This document shows positions 42,245-52,042 of a stretch of DNA of 64,000 nucleotides, in pieces. The stretch comes from Candidatus Nanoarchaeia archaeon (GTDB taxonomy: Archaea > Nanobdellota > Nanobdellia > Pacearchaeales > GW2011-AR1): contig JAQTOY010000001.1 of assembly GCA_028713045.1 (NCBI GenBank), forward strand, positions 1,523-65,522, in the 5' to 3' direction. The position numbers were made by a program, and so were the translations under genes. Every line of letters begins with the position of its first letter. Position 1 is the first letter of the stretch. The notes beneath the pieces were generated by a model. That model was not told the origin of the DNA and did no database searches. It saw only the letters and a list, made by a program, of their open reading frames with translations.

Positions 42245-42288
42245 AAAAAAATTATCAATTCATGATTTAAAAATCTATTTATTTTGAT

Positions 42289-43326
42289 TTACCTCGTTGT
42301 TACTATTATTTTTCCCTCTTTTGTTTTTATGAAAGTATGTTCTGACTGGCTGACTGGTTGGCGGGATTTTTCAATTAATTGGGGGAAGTTATGTACTGCG
42401 CCTATTTGCTCTAATTCCCTTAAACCTAACCTTGCCATTGGGCCAAACTTTTCCTGCATTTCTCTTAATGAGAATGGAAGGGTTTTATATTTTTCAGCAA
42501 CATATTCGAGTATTTTTCTTGCAGTTGGGTTTCTTGGATTTTTTGGAGTTGTTATTTTGAATATGTTGCTTGACTGTCCATCAATTACCTTACCTTCACC
42601 AGTTGTTACAAAGGGTTCAATTGCATAAGCTCCATTCTCTAATTTTGTATTGTTGTTATTTCCATAATTTGGGATTGTCAAACCTGCATGAACATCATAT
42701 TGTTTTAACTCATGTCCAGATAAATTTATTATTGGGGAGAAACCTTTTTTTTCAGCAGTTTCCTTTATTATTTTTCCTATCTCATTTAAAGAAGGGTTTT
42801 TATCTAAAATTCCTAAGGCATTATCCAAAGCTTCCTCGCTTGCTTTAATTAATTCTTTATATTTTTTTTCAGGAGTTAAATCCATGGAAAAAGCAGTATC
42901 TGCTATAAATCCGTTTATTGCTATTCCAATATCAACTTTTAATAATCCCTCTGCAGTTTCATTGTCTTCCAAACTTGGATGATAATGAGCTGCTATTTCA
43001 TTTTTAGAGAGATTTACTGGAAATGCAGAAATTGCTCCATAATTTTCAATCTCCTGCCCTATTTTTTTTGCGATCTCCAAAAGGGGCATCCCCGGTTTTA
43101 TTAGATTTCTTGCAAAATCCTTTATTTTAACAGAAATTTCTCCGGCTTTTTTGTAGGATTCTTCTTCTGTTAAATTATCAATCTCCTTGTTTTTAGGATT
43201 TTTTGTTTCTGCTGATTTTTTAGAAACATTTTTATTATTAATAGATTGAACTTTGCTTTTATTTTTAATGGTTTTTCCAGAATGCTCTCTTACTCCATTG
43301 TTCCCGCCGTAGGATTTTTCTGTCAT
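42289..43326 (-). CDS. map: methionine aminopeptidase type 2 with Lys-rich N-terminal extension
   Basis: M24 pita-bread core (AAHYHP, C-terminal EHTFIKTKEGKIIVTT) preceded by a ~60-aa K/N-rich low-complexity segment. Confidence 0.75.
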   Translation of the reverse strand: MTEKSYGGNNGVREHSGKTIKNKSKVQSINNKNVSKKSAETKNPKNKEIDNLTEEESYKKAGEISVKIKDFARNLIKPGMPLLEIAKKIGQEIENYGAISAFPVNLSKNEIAAHYHPSLEDNETAEGLLKVDIGIAINGFIADTAFSMDLTPEKKYKELIKASEEALDNALGILDKNPSLNEIGKIIKETAEKKGFSPIINLSGHELKQYDVHAGLTIPNYGNNNNTKLENGAYAIEPFVTTGEGKVIDGQSSNIFKITTPKNPRNPTARKILEYVAEKYKTLPFSLREMQEKFGPMARLGLRELEQIGAVHNFPQLIEKSRQPVSQSEHTFIKTKEGKIIVTTR

Positions 43327-43377
43327 ATTCTTCTTAAATTACAAGGGTATATAAATTAATCCAAAAACGTGAGCGTT

Positions 43378-44097
43378 TTATCTTATCTCATAGACAATCA
43401 TTACATTCGCATTGATATTGACATCTCTTGGAAGGACTGTTGCTGATTCTTTGACAGCAGCGGCTCCTGCAACATCATTCATTGAATAAGTATATGGATA
43501 ATAATTAAAATTGGATTCGGATATGGATTTAACCCTTAATATTTTAGCTCCGGAACCGGTAGCCATTGCTTCTGCTTTATCTCTTGCGTTTTTAGTTGCA
43601 TCTGCAATTGCCTGAGTTTTATATTCTGCTTCTTTTTCAGGACTTAAATAAAATTCAATGTTATTAATCTGATTTGCTCCATTAGTTACACCTATATCAA
43701 CAATCTGTCCTATTTTTGAAAAATCACTTGTTTTTATCTTTAAGGTTTGTGTTGCTCTCCAGCCATTGGATTTTTCTCCGGTTTGAGTCCAAGTTTTATC
43801 TTCGTACAAGCTGATATCCTCGGTCTGGATATCTGCTTCAGTTATCCCCTTGTATCTTAAGCCATCTATTATAGCATTAGTTATCCTGTTGGCTTCATTT
43901 TGAGCATCCTGTGCATTTGGTTTTAAGATTGACACTCCAACCCAGACTCTTACCATGTCGGGTTTTTCAATTAATTCAGATGCTCCTTGAGCACTTAATG
44001 TGCTAGTATTTCCAGAATCGATAAACTGAAATCCTAAAATTGCAATGATTACAAGTGCTGCAATTGCGATTCCAATCCAGATTTTTTGCGAATTCAT
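43378..44097 (-). CDS. SIMPL/DUF541 domain protein
   Basis: N-terminal TM anchor, then the periplasmic immunogenic protein-like pattern. Confidence 0.75.
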   Translation of the reverse strand: MNSQKIWIGIAIAALVIIAILGFQFIDSGNTSTLSAQGASELIEKPDMVRVWVGVSILKPNAQDAQNEANRITNAIIDGLRYKGITEADIQTEDISLYEDKTWTQTGEKSNGWRATQTLKIKTSDFSKIGQIVDIGVTNGANQINNIEFYLSPEKEAEYKTQAIADATKNARDKAEAMATGSGAKILRVKSISESNFNYYPYTYSMNDVAGAAAVKESATVLPRDVNINANVMIVYEIR

Positions 44098-44237
44098 AGT
44101 ATCTATATAAAATTAAAGTATATAAATGTTTTTTAGAGTTCAATTTGAGTTGAAGCTATAATTTTTTTAACAAAAAATTAAATGAGTATTTTATAGTATG
44201 ATAATCATTATAAATTGATTTTGTTAAAATAGTAATC

Positions 44238-44702
44238 ATGGGTGACGAAACATTAGAGCCGGTAAATAATATTTGGTGGATTCCGATAATTGTTGCAAGT
44301 GGAGTCGCTGATGATGGAGCATTAATAGGTCCCCGCCCATCTAGTTTTTTAGTTGAAGGAAATACCTCTGAACAAGCTAGTGCAACTGCAAGGACTTTTC
44401 TCGGATATATTGATAATTATGTGCCTTTAGATGCCGGTAAAAGGGCGAAGCTCAAACCTTTTAGATTAAGTTTAAGAGGAATTGCTGAAAAAGTAAGGGT
44501 TTGTGATCATCGATTTAAGAATAGAGATGGAGCATATACCTGTGGAAGACCTATTTATTCTATAAGGGGGCATAGGGACAGAGATGATGAAGGATTTAAT
44601 ATGAATGGAGAGCATGGAATGTGTTGTTTAGAAGGATTTGATCCTCCCGAGGGCTTAAATTGTCCTTATAAAACAAAAACTTTAGAAGATGATTTAGAAT
44701 AG
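44238..44702 (+). CDS. hypothetical Cys-rich protein (GC-richer)
   Basis: 154 aa; C-terminal CDH...CGRP...MCCLEG...CPY cysteines; composition is atypical for the host. Confidence 0.35.
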   Translation: MGDETLEPVNNIWWIPIIVASGVADDGALIGPRPSSFLVEGNTSEQASATARTFLGYIDNYVPLDAGKRAKLKPFRLSLRGIAEKVRVCDHRFKNRDGAYTCGRPIYSIRGHRDRDDEGFNMNGEHGMCCLEGFDPPEGLNCPYKTKTLEDDLE

Positions 44703-45146
44703 TCACTTCACTCTTCTTTCCTTTGGCATGTAATTTGCAATTTTTATTCCTGTTGATTTTCCACATCCAATAAATTCATTATTATATCTCAAGATTTTGA
44801 ATCCTCTTTCTGCATCAGTCTGAATTTCATTCCCCTTCAGCCAATCATCTGCCTGCTCCTTATTTAATTCTAAAATATTTTTTGTAATCTGATTTTTAAA
44901 AATTTGGATTCCATCAAAGGTCAGCCTTATTCCATCAACTTCCTGTTTTGCAAAATACAATCCAATATTTTCTATTCTTAACTCTTTGTCAAGAATGGAT
45001 AACTCTTTTTTTTCAATGCTTCCTGAAAAAATTCTTATTTTTTCCTCTCCGAATTTTATTAATTCAAATGGAATATCTGATATTCCATACTGCTTATTTA
45101 ACTGCTCTAAAATTTTCTTCTTTTCTTTAGTTTCTAAGATTTTCAT
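44703..45146 (-). CDS. PUA-domain protein (NIP7/UPF0113-like)
   Basis: 147 aa; C-terminal FIGCGKSTGIKIANYMPKE resembles a PUA fold; overlaps the downstream Nop2/Sun gene. Confidence 0.4.
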   Translation of the reverse strand: MKILETKEKKKILEQLNKQYGISDIPFELIKFGEEKIRIFSGSIEKKELSILDKELRIENIGLYFAKQEVDGIRLTFDGIQIFKNQITKNILELNKEQADDWLKGNEIQTDAERGFKILRYNNEFIGCGKSTGIKIANYMPKERRVK

Positions 45147-46117
45147 AATTTTTTCTCCTTCTTTTTATCGCTCAACTTTTGTATCTTGCATAAAAAGAAA
45201 CCTTCCATATCATTGTCATGATGATAGATTCTTACAGCTTTTGACATAGACTTATCAAAGGTTTTTCCTTTCCATTCCAGTATTCCCGGTCTTGTTATCA
45301 ATGGAAGTTTTATTGGAAGGATTTCAATATCGTAATTATCTAATAAATGTTGAACTACTTCCTCATTTTCTTCAGGAGCATGAGTGCAGGTTGAGTAAAC
45401 CATCTCTCCATTGACTTTTAAAAGCTCTAAAGCAGAAGAGGCTAATTTTTTCTGTTTTTTTCCAAACCTTTCAAGCATTCCCTCGCTCCATTCCAAAAAA
45501 GTTCTTGGAGACAATCTTATGTTACCTTCTCCTGAACAAGGAGCATCAACAAGGATTTTACCAAATTTATAATCTAATCTCTTTAATCTATTGCAAAGCT
45601 CTAATCCATCATGAAGTGTAACTATTGTATTTGTAATTCCACATTTTTCTAAGTTAGAAGAAAGAATAGTTATTCTTCCAATAGATACATCGTTTGCGAT
45701 TATTGTGCCTTGATTATTCATTTTTGCAGCGGCTTGAGTTGTTTTTGAACCAGGACTTGCACATAAATCTAGGAGAGTTTCATTTGCTTTTGGATCTAAT
45801 GCAAGGATAGGCATCATGCTGGTAATCTCTTGTATATAATAATAACCCAGGATGTGCTCTTTTGTTTTTCCTAGTTCTCCAGGCTCTAATTCACTTCGAA
45901 CTTGGATTATTTCTGGATGATTTTCTATTTGTTTTAGATTCCAATTATATTTTTTTAATCTGCTTATCAATTCATTAGGAGAAATTCTTAGAGTATTAAC
46001 TCTGAAAGATTTTTTTGGTTTTGTTTTTGATACTTCAAAAAAATTTTTAACATCTTCTTCATCTTTGAGAAGAAGTTTCATCCGTTGCATGAATAAAGGT
46101 TTAGGCTCGTAATTCAT
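45143..46117 (-). CDS. NOL1/NOP2/Sun family RNA m5C methyltransferase
   Basis: DLCASPGSKT SAM motif, DAPCSGEG catalytic Cys motif. Confidence 0.85.
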   Translation of the reverse strand: MNYEPKPLFMQRMKLLLKDEEDVKNFFEVSKTKPKKSFRVNTLRISPNELISRLKKYNWNLKQIENHPEIIQVRSELEPGELGKTKEHILGYYYIQEITSMMPILALDPKANETLLDLCASPGSKTTQAAAKMNNQGTIIANDVSIGRITILSSNLEKCGITNTIVTLHDGLELCNRLKRLDYKFGKILVDAPCSGEGNIRLSPRTFLEWSEGMLERFGKKQKKLASSALELLKVNGEMVYSTCTHAPEENEEVVQHLLDNYDIEILPIKLPLITRPGILEWKGKTFDKSMSKAVRIYHHDNDMEGFFLCKIQKLSDKKKEKKL

Positions 46118-46245
46118 AGATAAAAAAAGAAAAAAGGTTAATTAAACCTTTTTGTTAAACCTGTTTTCAACTAATCTAATATTACTGTTGAACATATATT
46201 TTAATTTTCAGTATTGTTTATAAGTTTAGGAGATTTTTTTTATTA

Positions 46246-47523
46246 ATGGGCATGAAAATAGGGATTATTGGTGGCAGCGGGCTTGATGATCCTAAAATTT
46301 TGGAAGATTATGAGGAGAAGGAGATTGAGACTCCTTATGGCAAACCTAGTTCAAAGATTACAATTGGAAAACTTTCAGGTGTTGAAGTTTGTATCCTGGC
46401 ACGCCATGGAAAATCTCATTCAATACCTCCGTCACAGGTAAATTATAGAGCAAATATCTGGGCATTAAAAGAATTGGGATGCAAGGTAATTTTAGCGACT
46501 TCTGCAGTAGGAAGTTTAAGAGATGAAATCAAGCCTGGAAATCTTGTTTTTCCAAATCAGTTCATTGATTTTACAAAACAAAGAAAAATGAGTTTTTTTG
46601 ATGGAGAAGTGGTACATACTGCGATGGCCGAACCGTATGATAAGAAGCTAAGAGAGATTTTTTATCAAATCTGCAATGAATTAAAATTTCCATACACTAA
46701 GAATAAAACCATGGTTGTTATTGAGGGTCCGAGATTTTCAACTAAAGCAGAAAGTCATATGTTCAGGCAGATTGGATGTGATATAATCGGGATGACAGGT
46801 TGTCCAGAGGTTATATTGGCTAATGAACTGGGAATTCCCTATCAGACAATTGCGATGTCTACTGATTATGACTGCTGGAAAGAGAATGAAGAATCTGTCA
46901 CTTTTGAAATGATTTTGCAAAGAATGAAAGAAAATGCAGATAAAGTTGAACAATTATTGTTGGTTGCCATTTCAAGGATTGCAAACGCAGATTCGGATTT
47001 TATTAAGAATAAGATAAGGGCTATCCCAGATTGGCCGAAGCCAGGGATAGTTTTTAGAGACATAACCACTTTACTGAAAGATAATGAGGGTATGAATAAG
47101 GTCATTGAGATATTGTGTAATCGTTATAAAAACGAGGAGATTGAGATTATTGCCGGAATTGAGGCAAGAGGATTTATACTCGGAGGAATTCTTGCAAATA
47201 AATTAGGGAAGGGTTTTGTGCCAATTAGGAAAAAGGGAAAGCTGCCTCATGAAGTTGTACGAGAAGAATACGATTTAGAATATGGGAAAGATTCAATAGA
47301 GATTCATAAGGATGCTATTAAATATGGACAGAATGTTTTGATTATAGATGATTTGATTGCAACAGGAGGTACTGCTTTGGCTGCTTGTAATCTTGTAAAA
47401 CGATTAGGTGGAAGAATCCATGAATGCTGCTTTATTGTTGACTTGCCGGAATTAAAGGGAAGGGAAAAGCTAGAGAAGAATAATTACAAGGTTTTTTCCT
47501 TGGTTGAATTCGAAGGAGAGTAA
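46246..47523 (+). CDS. fusion protein: 5'-methylthioadenosine phosphorylase (PNP family) plus adenine phosphoribosyltransferase
   Basis: Residues 1-245 are MTAP-like (IGIIGGSG...ARHGKSH...GMTGCPEV); residues ~250-425 are APRT ([18 protein letters not shown] motif [13 protein letters not shown]). Confidence 0.8.
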   Translation: MGMKIGIIGGSGLDDPKILEDYEEKEIETPYGKPSSKITIGKLSGVEVCILARHGKSHSIPPSQVNYRANIWALKELGCKVILATSAVGSLRDEIKPGNLVFPNQFIDFTKQRKMSFFDGEVVHTAMAEPYDKKLREIFYQICNELKFPYTKNKTMVVIEGPRFSTKAESHMFRQIGCDIIGMTGCPEVILANELGIPYQTIAMSTDYDCWKENEESVTFEMILQRMKENADKVEQLLLVAISRIANADSDFIKNKIRAIPDWPKPGIVFRDITTLLKDNEGMNKVIEILCNRYKNEEIEIIAGIEARGFILGGILANKLGKGFVPIRKKGKLPHEVVREEYDLEYGKDSIEIHKDAIKYGQNVLIIDDLIATGGTALAACNLVKRLGGRIHECCFIVDLPELKGREKLEKNNYKVFSLVEFEGE

Positions 47524-47531
47524 TCTTTTAT

Positions 47532-47987
47532 TTAGAATAACATCACAATCAGTAAAATAAGTATGGCAATTTGGATAAATAACCCTAGTTTCCAGTTCGC
47601 ATCTTTTTGTATCTTAGCATGAAACTTTAAATAATTCATAAAATGGCGGTTCCTTTTTAATTTTGTTGCATATCCCCATTTAGCAATATCTGGAACTATC
47701 GCAGCTATGGCTCCGATAAGCATAAGCTTGCTGTGAAACTCTTTGTATAAGAAAGTCATTAAAAAAATACATACAATCAAATCAACAACATGCACTATTG
47801 TGCTTAGTTTTCCTACAAACACCATTCCAGTCTTATGAAACAAACCTTTGTCAAAATCTCCCCCGTCCCAATGGGGAATCATGTCAATAAAAAAATGGCT
47901 TGCTATGCTTAATAATATGATGAATAATACCGAATGAAAATAGTCTCCAATCAGTCCTCCGATTAAGGTATGGATAAGCATGAACAT
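47532..47987 (-). CDS. integral membrane protein, hypothetical
   Basis: 151 aa with multiple TM helices. Confidence 0.35.
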   Translation of the reverse strand: MFMLIHTLIGGLIGDYFHSVLFIILLSIASHFFIDMIPHWDGGDFDKGLFHKTGMVFVGKLSTIVHVVDLIVCIFLMTFLYKEFHSKLMLIGAIAAIVPDIAKWGYATKLKRNRHFMNYLKFHAKIQKDANWKLGLFIQIAILILLIVMLF

Positions 47988-48104
47988 TTTTTATTAAAAC
48001 TCACTTTTTTATATAATCATTAATAAAAAAAGAGTTTTTAAATATATGTAGCCAGTTTAATAAAAATTCATAAAGTTTATAAATAAAATTTCTTATTTTT
48101 ATTT

Positions 48105-48701
48105 ATGAAAAAGCCGATTACCGAAGAAAAGAAATTAAAAAAAATTGAAGAAACTTTGATTCAGGTTGGTTTGAGAATCGCCAAGCGCGGGGAAGGCGCT
48201 CTTTTTGTAGTAGGAGATGCAAAATACAAGCCGTTAGTTAAACAGTCAGTCCCTCCTTTTGAGATTACAAAGAATCCAAAATTACTGGAATCTCTGGCAT
48301 TGATTGATGGGGCAGTAATAGTCGATAAAAATGGTATAATGAAAGCTTATGGAGTTATGATAAAATCTACCCGGACTTTTAAGAATTTTGGAACAAGGCA
48401 TTCTGCAGGACTAAGCGCTGCAAAAGGAGATAATCTTGTTGTTTTAATTTCAGAAGAGGATAAAAAAATAAGAATCCTTAGAAATGGAAAAATGGTAATG
48501 CAAATTGATGCATTGCAAAAAAATGTTGAGGAATCGGTTCCTTATGCAGTTGAATTACTGGAATCAATTGGTGCGGGAACAATTGGAGCAATAGGAACAA
48601 GCCTCTTACTTCCTGCTTTGGGAATTACCCTTCTTCCTGGAATAATTGTTTTTGGTTCGGCTTATTATCTTGGAAAGATGTTGACAAAAAAATGGCGATG
48701 A
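48105..48701 (+). CDS. dacZ: diadenylate cyclase (DAC domain) with C-terminal TM anchor
   Basis: DGAVIVDKNG and GTRHSAGLSAA match the DisA_N DGA / RHR motifs; C-terminal hydrophobic helix. Confidence 0.75.
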   Translation: MKKPITEEKKLKKIEETLIQVGLRIAKRGEGALFVVGDAKYKPLVKQSVPPFEITKNPKLLESLALIDGAVIVDKNGIMKAYGVMIKSTRTFKNFGTRHSAGLSAAKGDNLVVLISEEDKKIRILRNGKMVMQIDALQKNVEESVPYAVELLESIGAGTIGAIGTSLLLPALGITLLPGIIVFGSAYYLGKMLTKKWR

Positions 48702-48707
48702 TTCATA

Positions 48708-48810
48708 CAGAGTAAAAAACTACATAAGTTATGATGCAGTTAGATACTGTAGTTTTTCACTCTGTTTTTAATAGCATCTTTTATTTATTATTCATTACTA
48801 AGATGCTATT
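48708..48810. terminator. tandem hairpins (17-bp and 11-bp stems) between convergent dac and rhomboid genes
   Basis: cagagtaaaaaactaca/tgtagtttttcactctg at 48708-48764, followed by ttttta, then aatagcatctt/aagatgctatt at 48770-48810. Confidence 0.55.
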
Positions 48811-48872
48811 AAAAAGTCTCATAGAGTATTAAACAATACTCCACCTTTAAATGTGGGTAAAATTCAAATACT

Positions 48873-49496
48873 TTATGATTTTAAATATCTGTTTTCCCAG
48901 GCTCTAGCATAATCCTCTGGAATCTTTATTTTTTCAGTTTTTTCTTTTTTAGATTTATATCCCCATAATAAAAATCCAAAAATAAAACCTATGAAAATTC
49001 CTGATAAATGTGCCATATGCGCAACATCATTTGGAAAAAATAAACCCAATATGTCTCCGAAAATCCATATTACTGCAGCAATAAACATTGGAACTATTAT
49101 TCCAAAAACCCAGACTCCCATAAATGGAGCAAGCATAGTTAAACATCCTAAAATTCCGTAAATAGCTCCGCTTGCGCCTAGACTAGAGTTGTAGAAATTG
49201 ACTGCAATCAGATTTGCCAGGACTCCAGAGGATAAAAAAACAATTAAGAAATTTCTGCTTCCAATTTTATTTTCTAGGATAAATCCGAATATTAGGAGTG
49301 CAAGCAGATTATACATTAGATGCACAATGCTCGCATGCAAAAAAATGGCGGTTAAAAATCTCCATACCTGAAATCCATATAATGCCTTGATATTCAATAT
49401 AAATAAATCTGTAAAACCCCTTATAGATAATTGCAGTAAAAAGATAATTACACATATAAAAACTAGGGTTATTGAATAATATCTGAATTTTTCCAT
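48873..49496 (-). CDS. rhomboid family intramembrane serine protease
   Basis: GASGAIYG (GxSG) and AHMAHLSG (catalytic His) across 6 TM helices. Confidence 0.8.
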   Translation of the reverse strand: MEKFRYYSITLVFICVIIFLLQLSIRGFTDLFILNIKALYGFQVWRFLTAIFLHASIVHLMYNLLALLIFGFILENKIGSRNFLIVFLSSGVLANLIAVNFYNSSLGASGAIYGILGCLTMLAPFMGVWVFGIIVPMFIAAVIWIFGDILGLFFPNDVAHMAHLSGIFIGFIFGFLLWGYKSKKEKTEKIKIPEDYARAWENRYLKS

Positions 49497-49500
49497 AGTC

Positions 49501-50154
49501 TCAAATCAGCAACATTATCATTATTCCAAGGCTATTAAAAATGAAACTTAATGCAGAAAAAACAAAAGGTTTTATCTTAGTGACTCCTGCCAACATCAGG
49601 ACCCCTATTTCATCTGGCAGTGGGCTCGCTATTATGACCCCTGCAAAAACATAGATAAAATAAACGCTTATTTTATGCCCTAAACTGATTTCTATTAAAC
49701 TAGAAATTTTTTTTATGAGTCTGGTTTTCTCTAGTCTCTTAAACTCGTCTTTAAATGAAAATCTAATAAATTTAAATATAAACAAATCGGAAATTAAAGC
49801 ACCAAAACCTCCTAATAATCCGGTTAAGATTGGATTTTGTGGATTTAAAATTATGAAAAATCCTATAGCAAATGGAGTGGTAAATCCAAATGAAAAAAGC
49901 ATCCCTGCCAAGAAAACTCCCAAATAACTCCAATTATTAAGATGAGAAACTAACCCGTTTACAGCCGGGTTTCTAAACATATAATAGGCGATAATTATTA
50001 GAATTATCAAGAGAGTTATTTTTGGATAATGAAAATGATGCATGAACCTAAATAATCTGTGTGAAAGTTTTTTTTCAAAAGTTATAAAACTTTTAGGTCC
50101 TTTGCCGAATCTTACAATATGTACTCTCTTTTTTGTTTCTGAATCAAGATTCAT
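49501..50154 (-). CDS. integral membrane protein (possible DedA/VTT-like)
   Basis: 217 aa, multi-TM. Confidence 0.35.
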   Translation of the reverse strand: MNLDSETKKRVHIVRFGKGPKSFITFEKKLSHRLFRFMHHFHYPKITLLIILIIIAYYMFRNPAVNGLVSHLNNWSYLGVFLAGMLFSFGFTTPFAIGFFIILNPQNPILTGLLGGFGALISDLFIFKFIRFSFKDEFKRLEKTRLIKKISSLIEISLGHKISVYFIYVFAGVIIASPLPDEIGVLMLAGVTKIKPFVFSALSFIFNSLGIMIMLLI

Positions 50155-50206
50155 ATTAACTTTAATTAATTAATATTTATAAATATTGAGAAGAATTTTT
50201 GAGTGT

Positions 50207-50443
50207 CTAACCAGCTTTCTTTTCTTCTTTTGCAGTCTCTTTTTCTAGACTCAAATCACCAGCACTTTCAGATATTAAAACCCCTGATTTTCTAACCCAG
50301 TTGATTTTTCTTGGATCTCTTTTTAATTCTGCGTTTCTCCGGCATTTACTGGAGCAGAAGTTTATTGCTTTTCCATCAAACGTGAATACAGATAATCCTC
50401 TTGGTTCTTTGAACATTTTTTTGCAGAACGAACATGCTGGCAT
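50207..50443 (-). CDS. rpl24e: 50S ribosomal protein L24e
   Basis: CSFCKK...FCSSKC zinc motif and a PRKINW pattern. Confidence 0.85.
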   Translation of the reverse strand: MPACSFCKKMFKEPRGLSVFTFDGKAINFCSSKCRRNAELKRDPRKINWVRKSGVLISESAGDLSLEKETAKEEKKAG

Positions 50444-50444
50444 T

Positions 50445-50741
50445 TTAATACGCTCCTTTGGTTAATTTAGTTCTTAATCTTCTTGCTTCAATTTGTGTTT
50501 CTCTTAACATTAAAATATCTTTTTTTCTCACTGCGCCTTTTACATTTCTTCTCATTAATTTTCCTTTGTCATAACCCTGCAAAATTCTGCATTTAACTTG
50601 GGTTACTTCTCCTCTTGCGCCGGTTCTTCCTAGAATACCCTCAACGACCGCTGGCACTGCTGTCTCAGATAGAATTGATTCTGCTCCCCTTGCAGCTGAC
50701 TGCTGCTGCACTTGTTTTTTTTGCTTTCCAGACCCTCCCAT
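50445..50741 (-). CDS. rps28e: 30S ribosomal protein S28e (with N-terminal extension)
   Basis: [21 protein letters not shown]...RNVKG matches S28e. Confidence 0.85.
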   Translation of the reverse strand: MGGSGKQKKQVQQQSAARGAESILSETAVPAVVEGILGRTGARGEVTQVKCRILQGYDKGKLMRRNVKGAVRKKDILMLRETQIEARRLRTKLTKGAY

Positions 50742-50750
50742 TTTGGATTA

Positions 50751-51065
50751 TTACTTCTTGCTCCTTACAAAACTTTCAAGATCTTTTTCAGCATCTCCGG
50801 CATTAATCACGCAAACAGAAGCACAGGGAACTCCAATACCTACTGCAATTCCAAGTTTTTCTTTTTTGTCTGCTTCAAAACAGGGTATGTTTTTTTCTTT
50901 GCAAAGCAAAGCCAAGTGTTGGACAATTTCTTTGGGATCAACATCTGCTGCATAGGCAACTAATTTTGCAGTCCCTCTTTCAATTGCCTTTGTAACTTCG
51001 TTTGTTCCTTTTTCAATTTTTCCAGTCTTTCTTGCCTTTTCTATTATGTCATATACTGAAGCCAT
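50751..51065 (-). CDS. rpl7ae: 50S ribosomal protein L7Ae (kink-turn binding)
   Basis: KGTNEVTKAIERGTAKLVAYAADVDPKEIVQHL is typical of L7Ae; sits in the conserved L7Ae-S28e-L24e cluster. Confidence 0.9.
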   Translation of the reverse strand: MASVYDIIEKARKTGKIEKGTNEVTKAIERGTAKLVAYAADVDPKEIVQHLALLCKEKNIPCFEADKKEKLGIAVGIGVPCASVCVINAGDAEKDLESFVRSKK

Positions 51066-51156
51066 TTTATTTTTTACAAGACTAATTAAGAGAACTATTT
51101 TGCCCTCCCAATTAAGGTCATTGGATAATATCTATGAATAAAAAGGGTTTATAAAA

Positions 51157-51996
51157 CTATCTGCTTTGTTGAATTTCTTCAAAATTCTCTTTATACCATT
51201 TAAAAGTCTTTTTAACTCCATCTTCGATGCTGTTTCTTGGATTAAAACCTAATTTTACCATTGCAGAAATGTCCAATTCAACTTCTTGGGGTTGGGCTAT
51301 TTCAGGTTCATAAAAATTCCTCTTTCCTCTCCCTGCTAACTGAATAATTAAATCTGCAACATAGACTAATTTAGTCCCTGTTCCAGAAGAAATATCAAAG
51401 GATTTATTTTTTTCTTTCATTGCTATTAAAAATCCATCTATGAAATCATCAATATAAGTGAAATCCAGGGTTTTGTTTTCATCTCCATATATCTTTAATT
51501 CTTCGTCCCTTAAAGCATTTAAAATCCAAATATCTATAAGTCGTTTTGTTTTATCATTGAAAGGGCCATAAACAGTTGAGGGTCTTATAATAACATAATC
51601 CATTCCGTAACATTGAGAATAGCCCTTAACAAGTTCTTCCCCGTATATTTTGCTGGCGGTATATGGATTCTTTTCCTTGCTCAATATTCTGGATGATGAT
51701 GTGAAAATAATCTTTGGTATTTTATTCCTTTTGCAAAATTCCATAATCTTCTCTATTCCTCTAGAGTTATTTTCAAAAGTAAAATCCGGATTTTCTATTA
51801 TCTTATTGATTTTGCAGAAAGAAGCTAGATGAATAAGAACATCAGGCCTTTCTTTTAATTCATATTTGTCAAGATCTAAAATATTCATTCCTTCTCTAGC
51901 ATCAATCAATAATGCAGGTTCATCTCCTCTTTCAATCAGTTTTTTAAGCAAAAAACTTCCAATCAGTCCTTTATGTCCAGTCATCACAAATTTCAT
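51157..51996 (-). CDS. NAD-dependent epimerase/dehydratase family protein
   Basis: N-terminal TGHKGLIGSFL Rossmann motif and a YxxxK region. Confidence 0.75.
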   Translation of the reverse strand: MKFVMTGHKGLIGSFLLKKLIERGDEPALLIDAREGMNILDLDKYELKERPDVLIHLASFCKINKIIENPDFTFENNSRGIEKIMEFCKRNKIPKIIFTSSSRILSKEKNPYTASKIYGEELVKGYSQCYGMDYVIIRPSTVYGPFNDKTKRLIDIWILNALRDEELKIYGDENKTLDFTYIDDFIDGFLIAMKEKNKSFDISSGTGTKLVYVADLIIQLAGRGKRNFYEPEIAQPQEVELDISAMVKLGFNPRNSIEDGVKKTFKWYKENFEEIQQSR

Positions 51997-52042
51997 AATC
52001 TAAGAATATAAACGCTTAATTTAAATATTTATGTGATACTAA

